The notes below the pieces were generated by a model. That model was not told the DNA's origin and made no database searches. It was given only the letters and a program-made list of their open reading frames with translations. The translations under genes were made by a program, and so were the position numbers. A stretch of DNA of 64,000 bases from Clostridia bacterium (GTDB lineage: Bacteria > Bacillota > Clostridia > Oscillospirales > CAG-272): contig JAGBTY010000020.1 in NCBI GenBank assembly GCA_017631085.1, positions 9,855 to 73,854 on the forward strand. The letters are read 5' to 3'. This document shows positions 57,048 through 64,000 of this stretch, piece by piece. Position 1 is the first letter of the stretch, and each line of letters begins with the position of its first letter.

Positions 57048-58364
57048 TTATTTTACAAACTCTGCATAGATAGCAGTCATAGCCTTGTCGAAATCATGCT
57101 CCTCAATTCCGATTATAATTGATATCTCGCTTGAACCCTGATCTATCATTCGAATGTTGACTCCTGCCGCGGATATTGCGTCAAAAATTCTTGCCGCAGT
57201 TCCCTTTGCCTTTACCATTGCTCTGCCGACAACCGCAATAAGCGCAAGATTATCTTCGATAGAAATAGTATCAGCTCTTACACTTCTGTTCATAGAAGAA
57301 AGGACCTTGTCTCTCTTTCCCTCAAGAGCAGCGGTGGAGAGAACGATACTCATGTTATCAATACCCGAAGGAAGATGCTCAAAGGATACGTCATTGTCCT
57401 CAAGCACTTCAAGGACCTTTCTTCCGAATCCAACCTCGGAGTTCATCATGTCCTTTTCAATAGTTATAACAGAAAATCCCTTCTTACCCGCAATACCTGT
57501 AATGACCTTTTCGGTATCGTACTCTGCAGTTTCGGCAACTATCATAGTTCCGGCATCATCAGGACGGTTGGTATTTCTTATGTTTATCGGAATACGCGCA
57601 TATCTTACAGGGAATATTGCGTCCTCGTGAAGAACTGTCGCACCCATATAAGAAAGCTCACGAAGCTCACGGTAGGTGATAGTTTCTATAGCGCAAGGAT
57701 CGTTTACTATTCTGGGATCCGCCATCATAAAGCCGGAAACGTCGGTCCAGTTTTCGTAAAGGTCAGCCTCTACTGCTCTTGCAACGATAGAACCCGTTAT
57801 ATCCGAGCCTCCTCTTGAGAATGTCTTTATCGTACCGTTGGGCATTACACCGTAAAATCCGGGAATAACGGCTCTCTCATGCTGCATAAGCTCCGCTCTC
57901 ATTGCGGCATTGGTTTTTTCCTCATCAAACGTACCGTTATCTCTGAAGAAAATAACGTTTTCGGCATCTACGAATGTATATCCGAGATACTTTGAAAGGA
58001 TAAGAGAATTGAGGTATTCTCCACGGCTCGCGGCATAGTCGCGTCCCGAGCGATGCATCATTGCGTTCTTTACGTATTCAAGCTCTCCGCTTATATCAAA
58101 ATCAAGGCCAAGTTCTTCGATAATACCGTTGTATCTCTCCTTGATCTTTTCATAGTATTCGTCTATACTCTCGTTATTCTTTATCATTTCATAACACTTG
58201 TAGAGCATATCCGTCATCTTTACGTCATCCTTGAATCTTTTTCCCGGAGCGGAAGGAACGACGTATCTACGCGATGGATCGGATTTTATTATACGGGCTA
58301 CCTGCTTAAAATGCTCTGCGTCAGCAAGTGAGCTTCCACCAAATTTTACTACTTTAACCTTCAT
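57048..58364 (-). CDS. aspartate kinase
   Basis: Contains MKVKVVKFGGSSL and GGSD.T, with tandem C-terminal ACT domains. The ORF track allows a start 10 codons further upstream (58394). Confidence 0.88.
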   Translation of the reverse strand: MKVKVVKFGGSSLADAEHFKQVARIIKSDPSRRYVVPSAPGKRFKDDVKMTDMLYKCYEMIKNNESIDEYYEKIKERYNGIIEELGLDFDISGELEYVKNAMMHRSGRDYAASRGEYLNSLILSKYLGYTFVDAENVIFFRDNGTFDEEKTNAAMRAELMQHERAVIPGFYGVMPNGTIKTFSRGGSDITGSIVARAVEADLYENWTDVSGFMMADPRIVNDPCAIETITYRELRELSYMGATVLHEDAIFPVRYARIPINIRNTNRPDDAGTMIVAETAEYDTEKVITGIAGKKGFSVITIEKDMMNSEVGFGRKVLEVLEDNDVSFEHLPSGIDNMSIVLSTAALEGKRDKVLSSMNRSVRADTISIEDNLALIAVVGRAMVKAKGTAARIFDAISAAGVNIRMIDQGSSEISIIIGIEEHDFDKAMTAIYAEFVK

Positions 58365-58460
58365 ATTGTTACCATACCTTTCGATATTTTTCATACCTTA
58401 ATATTATATAAAAAACACATCCGATTGTCAATAAATTTTTAAAAAAACCATTAAAAATCT

Positions 58461-60410
58461 TTAATTGCTTTCGGAAACATATCTTGCGGCTTGAGTGGAA
58501 AAAAGTTCATAGTATCTTCCCTTCATAGCCATAAGCTCCTTGTGCGTTCCCTCCTCAACAAGCCGACCTCTTTCAAGAACGATTATCTTGGAGGCTGTTG
58601 TCGCGCTTGACAGTCTGTGGGACACGAATATGGTCGTTTTATCCTTTCTCAACTCGTCAAACTGCTTAAATATCTCCTGCTCCGCAAGTGGATCGAGAGA
58701 TGCAGTTGGCTCGTCAAGGATAAGAATATCCGAGCGGCTGTAAAAAGCTCTCGCAACGGCAAGCTTTTGCCACTGACCTATTGAAAGCTCTGTTCCGTCC
58801 TTTTCAAAAACTCTCATAAGAGGAGTATCGTATCCGTTTGAAAGACGGTCAATGAAATCGTCTGCATTTGCTTGCTTTGCCGCGTTTTCTATCTCATTTT
58901 CATCCGTCTCTCTTAAAATATCACCAAAACGGATATTATCGGAAACGCTAAACGCGTACTTTCCAAAATCCTGAAAAATTATTCCGAATATTCTATAAAG
59001 CTCATTCGGATCATACTCTTTGAGGTCCTTTCCGTCAAGAAGTATACACCCCTCGGTAGGATCATAAAGCCTTGTCAAGAGCTTTATAAAGGTCGTCTTT
59101 CCTGCTCCGTTAAGTCCTACAAGAACTGCTGTCTCACCCGGACGGATAGTTAGGTTTATGTTATCAAGAACCTTCACGTTGCTTTCGGGGTAGGAAAAGC
59201 TGACGTTCTTAAATTCTATCGAATGAGGACAACCTACCGCTATTTTCTCGGTCTTACTGTTTGAGGGTACGACCGTAGGCTTTTCATTCATAAATGATAT
59301 CAGGTTGTCAATAAAGAGCGTTCCCTCGTATACTCCCGACGAAACGGCAATAAGAGAGCTTATATTCGCAGAAATTGACGTAAGCGCGGTGGTATAAAGT
59401 GAATAGTCACCTATCTGAAGCTCTCCCATAAATACGTGATACGCAATAAGAGCAAAGAACACGCAATTAAGTGTAGATGATATAATAGTTATTATAACGA
59501 GAAGGATATTTTCCTTCAGAATGAGCTTTTTTATGCCTCTGTAATATCTTTCAAAAACGTCGTTATAGGTGTCAACAAACGTATCTCCAAGCTCATACAT
59601 TCTTATCTCCTTTACCATGTCCTTATTGACCATGATGTCGGAGTAATAATTCATTTGTCTGCGGTCCTTGGAGCGACGGCGCATATATGTCACCGTCTTT
59701 TTACGATAATAGAAGCTGACTGCCGCCGTCGGTATCGACATGAGTATCATTATGGGGGCTATCCACCACATATCAGGTGCTGTAAACAGAACGGCAATAT
59801 AGCTTACGAGAGTAATAAACGTACTGATAGCGGAAAAGGTTGAAGACAAAACACTTATAGGGCGATTTCCCGCTTCTCTGTTAGCATTTTCAAGCTTCTC
59901 GTAAAATTCGGGACGGTCAAAGGATGCTATGTCTATCTCCTTTGCCTTATTCATGATCTTGGTCTTTACGTGTCTGACTATCTTTTCTCCCGCGATTCTC
60001 GTAACCGCAACGTTAAGTCTCGATATTACCTGATTTAATATGCGATAAACAAAGAAGCACACTATAAGGACCATCAGCACAGAGCCCAAAAATACTGCTC
60101 CGTATGAAATTCCTGTGCTTTCGAGAACTGCCTTCTCGGATATTACCTTTTGAAGCTCATTCAGTATCTCCTTGGATATTAATGAGCCTACAATAGGCAA
60201 AATACCCGTTATTACCGAAAACAGCATCATGAATATCAGTATCCACGGTCCCGTTTCCCAAACGAGCTTTATTATATATGCCAAGCGCTTGAAGAATCCT
60301 CCAAGAAGCGCCTTCATATATTTTGGCACGTCACGTAAACCCTTGGGACGAGGAACTCTTTCATATTCGTCCTTCATAAGCCCAATATAAGGCATTCTTT
60401 TTTCTCTCAT
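58461..60410 (-). CDS. ABC exporter, fused permease/ATPase (type-I exporter)
   Basis: Six-TM N-terminal half, Walker A GLNGAGKTT, signature LSIGQWQ, and Walker B ILILDEPT. The ATG at 60410 overlaps the HIT gene stop (TGATG). Confidence 0.85.
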   Translation of the reverse strand: MREKRMPYIGLMKDEYERVPRPKGLRDVPKYMKALLGGFFKRLAYIIKLVWETGPWILIFMMLFSVITGILPIVGSLISKEILNELQKVISEKAVLESTGISYGAVFLGSVLMVLIVCFFVYRILNQVISRLNVAVTRIAGEKIVRHVKTKIMNKAKEIDIASFDRPEFYEKLENANREAGNRPISVLSSTFSAISTFITLVSYIAVLFTAPDMWWIAPIMILMSIPTAAVSFYYRKKTVTYMRRRSKDRRQMNYYSDIMVNKDMVKEIRMYELGDTFVDTYNDVFERYYRGIKKLILKENILLVIITIISSTLNCVFFALIAYHVFMGELQIGDYSLYTTALTSISANISSLIAVSSGVYEGTLFIDNLISFMNEKPTVVPSNSKTEKIAVGCPHSIEFKNVSFSYPESNVKVLDNINLTIRPGETAVLVGLNGAGKTTFIKLLTRLYDPTEGCILLDGKDLKEYDPNELYRIFGIIFQDFGKYAFSVSDNIRFGDILRETDENEIENAAKQANADDFIDRLSNGYDTPLMRVFEKDGTELSIGQWQKLAVARAFYSRSDILILDEPTASLDPLAEQEIFKQFDELRKDKTTIFVSHRLSSATTASKIIVLERGRLVEEGTHKELMAMKGRYYELFSTQAARYVSESN

Positions 60411-60748
60411 CACGCCATGCTTTCGGAAAGCTTTTTGCCTCCCATTATATGAAAGTGAAGATGCTTTACAGACTGACAAGCGTCATCACCGCAGTTGGAA
60501 ACTATACGGTATCCACCCGAAAGCCCTGCCTTCTTTGCTATTTCGGGAATCATTTCGAATATATGCGCCACATATTCGCTGTTAGTACCATTCACCTCGT
60601 TGGCAGACGCGATGTGAAGCTTGGGTATTACCAGAATATGAGTGGGTGTCTGAGGAGCAATATCGTAAAATGCGAGACACATTTCGTCCTCGTAAACCTT
60701 ATTTGAGGGTATCTCTCCCTTTACTATACGACAAAATAGGCAATCCAT
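60410..60748 (-). CDS. HIT-family (HinT-like) nucleotide hydrolase
   Basis: Contains CLFC.I..GEIP, the histidine triad HLHFHIMGG, and a 112-aa length. Confidence 0.88.
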   Translation of the reverse strand: MDCLFCRIVKGEIPSNKVYEDEMCLAFYDIAPQTPTHILVIPKLHIASANEVNGTNSEYVAHIFEMIPEIAKKAGLSGGYRIVSNCGDDACQSVKHLHFHIMGGKKLSESMA

Positions 60749-60836
60749 ATTGATTTTTCCTCCGTTTTATGCTAAAATATTTATAATAATACACATTAAT
60801 AATATCACAATTAAGAAAAAATGTCAAGGAGACACC

Positions 60837-61931
60837 ATGAATTTGGACCAAGAATTGACAATTAATACGACGAAAGACCTATGGAGCTACCTTGCTTCTA
60901 CCGACAAGACCATAGTCATGTACGGAATGGGCAACGGAGCCGATAAAATAATCTCTGTATGTGACCGTTTCGGCATTGAGGTATCCGATTTTTTTGCAAG
61001 TGATGGCTTTGTAAGAGGTCATAGCTTTCACGGAAAAAGAGTTCTTTCCTATTCGGAAGTTAAATCAAAATATTCCACTGAAAATCTTATCGTTCTTCTC
61101 TCTTTCGCGTCATCTCTCCCCGATGTTCTTGAAAATATAAAAAAGATAGCCTCCGAATGTGAGCTTTACGCTCCCGACGTTCCTGTTTGCGGAGAAACTC
61201 TTTTCACATATGATTTTTATGAATCCAATAAATCTTCTTTCAATCTGGCTCGGTCACTCCTTTTCGACGAAGAATCCAAAAGGATATTTGACAATACCGT
61301 ACTTTATAAGCTGACAGGTCGCATCTCTTATTTATTCTCTGCCGAATCAGACAAGGATACCGTATACAGAGAGCTTTTAAGGTCCGACGAAATAAACTGC
61401 TATGCCGACCTTGGAGCATACAACGGAGATACGATCCGAGAGCTTTTGAACTACTCCGAGACACTTTCCTATGCCGTTGCGTTTGAGCCTGACCGCCGCA
61501 GCTTCAGAAAGCTTAGCGAATACGCAGAAAGCGAGACTCGCATAGGTGAACTGTTGCCCCTACACGCTGCGGCATGGTCAGAGGATACGGTTCTGTCATT
61601 CAGCAACGAGGGAAATCGAAACTCGGGACTTTTCGCAAAAGGAAAGGTAGAGGATATCTCTGCAAGAGCTCTTGACAGTGTTCTTGACGGACGTGGCGTC
61701 GACTATATAAAATTTGACGTAGAAGGCGCGGAAGCCGAAGCCATAAAGGGCTGTAAAAAAACAATAGCACATTACCGCCCAAAGCTTCTCGTCTCTATCT
61801 ACCATCGAAGCGAGGACATTTTCGCACTGCCTTTGATGCTCGCAGAAATGTGCCCCGATTATAAATTCTATCTTCGCCGTTACCCATATGTTCCCGCATG
61901 GGATCTGAACTTTATTTGTATACCGAACTGA
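60837..61931 (+). CDS. FkbM-family methyltransferase
   Basis: Contains DLGAYNGDT (SAM-binding loop) and VDYIKFDVEGAE..A..G. The ATG at 60837 follows AAGGAGA. A TTGATT-17-TAAAAT promoter lies at 60751-60779. Confidence 0.75.
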   Translation: MNLDQELTINTTKDLWSYLASTDKTIVMYGMGNGADKIISVCDRFGIEVSDFFASDGFVRGHSFHGKRVLSYSEVKSKYSTENLIVLLSFASSLPDVLENIKKIASECELYAPDVPVCGETLFTYDFYESNKSSFNLARSLLFDEESKRIFDNTVLYKLTGRISYLFSAESDKDTVYRELLRSDEINCYADLGAYNGDTIRELLNYSETLSYAVAFEPDRRSFRKLSEYAESETRIGELLPLHAAAWSEDTVLSFSNEGNRNSGLFAKGKVEDISARALDSVLDGRGVDYIKFDVEGAEAEAIKGCKKTIAHYRPKLLVSIYHRSEDIFALPLMLAEMCPDYKFYLRRYPYVPAWDLNFICIPN

Positions 61932-61939
61932 CGAAACCT

Positions 61940-61982
61940 AAAAGAAGACACAAATGCCATTGCATTTGTGTCTTCTTTTTTA
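61940..61982. terminator. bidirectional rho-independent terminator
   Basis: 16-bp stem AAGAAGACACAAATGC-catt-GCATTTGTGTCTTCTT flanked by A and T runs. It overlaps the metH stop. Confidence 0.7.
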
Positions 61983-64000
61983 TTTCTGTACACATATTTC
62001 TTCCGCGTATCTTACTGCCTCCATGGCATCGGATGCGTACTTATCCGCACCTATCCTTATGGCGTATTCCTCGGTAAGTACCGCGCCGCCGACGATTATC
62101 TTACACCACGGAGCTTCTTTTCTCAAAAGCTTGATGGTATCCTCCATAGCTGGAACAGTGGTGGTCATAAGGGCGCTAAGTCCTACTATGGGAGCTTTCA
62201 ACTCAACCGTCTTTTCGACTATGTCCTCGGGAGATACGTCCTTGCCCATATCGATAACAGAAAAGCCGTAATTTTCAAGAAGAAGCTTTACGATGTTTTT
62301 TCCAATGTCGTGTATATCGCCCTTAACGGTCGCTATAACGATCCGTCCCTTATCCGCAGCTCCGCTGCCCTTTTCAGCCATATGCTTTTTTATGACCTCA
62401 AATGCCGACTTTGCCGACTCGGCGCTCATAAGAAGCTGTGGCAGATATATTCTCTTTTCCTCAAAGCCCTTTCCAACGATATTCAACGCGGGAATTATAT
62501 TCTCATTGACTATGTCGAGAGCTACACGGCTTGAGAGCATAAGCGAGGTTATCTCCCCTGCCTTTTCTTTGAATCCCTTGACTATTGCTTTTTCAAGCTC
62601 CGAGGAATATTCGGCAGTACATTTTTTCTCGTTTGTCAGAGATGCAGCATTTACAATAGAACCAAAGGTCTCCGCCGCTTCTATATACGACGCGCAGTTT
62701 TCGTCATTTCCCGAAAGCGCGTTATAGCTATAATATGTCCTCATCATCTCTTGCGAGTGAGGATTCATTATTGCCGCGGAAAGCCCGTTTTCCAGCGCCA
62801 TGGCAAAGAAAGTGCTGTTTACCGCATCTCTCAATGGCAGACCGAATGATACGTTCGAAACACCAAGCGATGTGTGACAACCAAGCTTCTCTCTTATAAG
62901 CTTTAATGCTCCAAGTGTTGCTCTTGCGGCATTTATATCAGCACTTATGGTCATTGCCAGTGTATCAAAAATTATGTCTTTCTTTTTAATTCCGTATTTC
63001 TCAGCTTCACGAAGTATCCTCTTTGCTATCAGAAATCTTTCCTCGGCACTGTCGGGTATACCTCTCTCGTCAAGTGTAAGGGCAACCACAACGCCACCGT
63101 ACTTTGCAACAAGAGGAAATACGCTTTCCATACTCTCGGCTTTTCCGTTGACCGAGTTTATCATTGCCTTACCGTTATATCTTCGCATAGCTCTTTCCAT
63201 TGCGACCGTATTTGACGTGTCTATCTGCAGAGGAAGGTCGGTCACCGCCTGAAGCTCGTCTATGACGCGACAGAGCATTTTGGGCTCGTCTATATCGGGA
63301 AGTCCTACGTTCACGTCAAGAACGTGTACCCCCTTTTCCTCCTGATTTACTCCCTCTCCGAGAATATAGTCGAGGTCATTTTCAATAAGCGCTTGCTTAA
63401 GCCTCTTCTTACCCGTAGGGTTTATCCTCTCACCAATAAGTACTGGGGCTTTTCCAAAGGTCACGGCATGGGTGTATGAGGATATAAACGTAATTTCCTT
63501 ATCGATGATATCTTTAGGACTTTTCTTCTTTGTTTTTTCGGTAACAGCCTTTATATATTCGGGAGTCGTTCCGCAACAACCGCCTACAACCCTAACGCCC
63601 ATATCTATAAGAGTCTCAATGTCGACGGAAAATTCTTCCGCATCTACATCGTATACGGTCTTTCCGTCACACACGGACGGCAGTCCTGCGTTTGGCTTCA
63701 TCACAACGGGAACAGAGGCAACCCGTAAAAGTTCCTCGGCAACTCCCATGAGCTGCTTCGGACCGAGAGAACAATTCGCGCCTATGGCATCAGCACCCAT
63801 ACCCTCAAGCATTGCGACCATTGCCGCAGGAGATGCTCCCGTCATAAGCTTTCCGTCCGCACCGTATGCATTAGTTACTATAACAGGCAAAGTACTGTTT
63901 TCTTTCACGGCAAGCAATGCGGCTTTTGTCTCATAGGAATCGTTCATAGTTTCAATTATTATGAGATCCACTCCGTATTTAACACCAAACTTTACCGTTT
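61980..64000 (-). CDS. metH: cobalamin-dependent methionine synthase, short form (Hcy-binding + pterin-binding + B12-binding; N-terminus outside the window)
   Basis: Contains GANCSLGP and GGCCGTTPE (Hcy S-methyltransferase), the pterin-binding barrel, and DIHDIGKNIV (DxHxxG B12 motif). The ORF is open to the window end. Confidence 0.85.
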   Translation of the reverse strand, partial: TVKFGVKYGVDLIIIETMNDSYETKAALLAVKENSTLPVIVTNAYGADGKLMTGASPAAMVAMLEGMGADAIGANCSLGPKQLMGVAEELLRVASVPVVMKPNAGLPSVCDGKTVYDVDAEEFSVDIETLIDMGVRVVGGCCGTTPEYIKAVTEKTKKKSPKDIIDKEITFISSYTHAVTFGKAPVLIGERINPTGKKRLKQALIENDLDYILGEGVNQEEKGVHVLDVNVGLPDIDEPKMLCRVIDELQAVTDLPLQIDTSNTVAMERAMRRYNGKAMINSVNGKAESMESVFPLVAKYGGVVVALTLDERGIPDSAEERFLIAKRILREAEKYGIKKKDIIFDTLAMTISADINAARATLGALKLIREKLGCHTSLGVSNVSFGLPLRDAVNSTFFAMALENGLSAAIMNPHSQEMMRTYYSYNALSGNDENCASYIEAAETFGSIVNAASLTNEKKCTAEYSSELEKAIVKGFKEKAGEITSLMLSSRVALDIVNENIIPALNIVGKGFEEKRIYLPQLLMSAESAKSAFEVIKKHMAEKGSGAADKGRIVIATVKGDIHDIGKNIVKLLLENYGFSVIDMGKDVSPEDIVEKTVELKAPIVGLSALMTTTVPAMEDTIKLLRKEAPWCKIIVGGAVLTEEYAIRIGADKYASDAMEAVRYAEEICVQK

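Noticed and set aside
1-64000. CRISPR arrays, rRNA genes, IS elements, integrases and prophage blocks.
   Set aside because: I found no regularly spaced direct repeats, transposase or integrase-like ORFs, or rRNA-like sequence. The only repeat structures seen are the tRNA-end duplication and the GC-rich inverted repeats reported in the findings.

Overview
The window looks like a densely packed chromosomal segment from an endospore-forming Firmicute, with Clostridia-type gene content. I support about 62 protein genes, one tRNA-Lys(UUU), one lysine (L-box) riboswitch, and a set of near-consensus sigma-A promoters and rho-independent terminators. There is no CRISPR array, rRNA, transposase or integrase. 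Recognisable blocks, in order: gltX-glnS; an AsnC regulator with an aminotransferase; spoVAC; a small polysaccharide block (sugar transferase, CpsB-like phosphatase, wecB); the complete spoIIIAA-AH operon followed by a P-loop ATPase; a WYL regulator; hpf; tRNA-Lys; lgt; cotJABC; DUF512-der-HAD-obg-queH; rluD-lspA-ylmH-yggT-sepF-yggS (division-cluster tail); miaA; queA; L-box-dapA-dapB; the dgt-dnaG-rpoD operon; aspartate kinase; HIT with an ABC exporter; an FkbM methyltransferase; and a 5'-truncated metH. The most interesting locus is a visibly AT-richer two-gene insert between miaA and queA (45367-46733). It encodes a nucleotide-kinase-like P-loop domain fused to a dCMP/dCTP-type zinc deaminase, the architecture of nucleotide-depleting antiphage deaminases. 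Its stop codon overlaps the start of a 70-aa C4 zinc-ribbon protein, and the pair is flanked by a GC-rich element of nested inverted repeats and a 214-nt AT-rich leader. Other items worth a second look are listed here. The essential GTPase gene der carries an in-frame TGA. A degenerate tandem copy of the tRNA-Lys 3' end lies downstream of the tRNA. An orphan promoter-terminator unit sits upstream of cotJ. A strong terminator lies inside the long ORF-track version of yggT. A small tail-anchored membrane protein sits upstream of the WYL regulator. A low-GC orphan gene lies at 448-1536. All functional calls rest on motif and family recognition by eye, and no database search was run.
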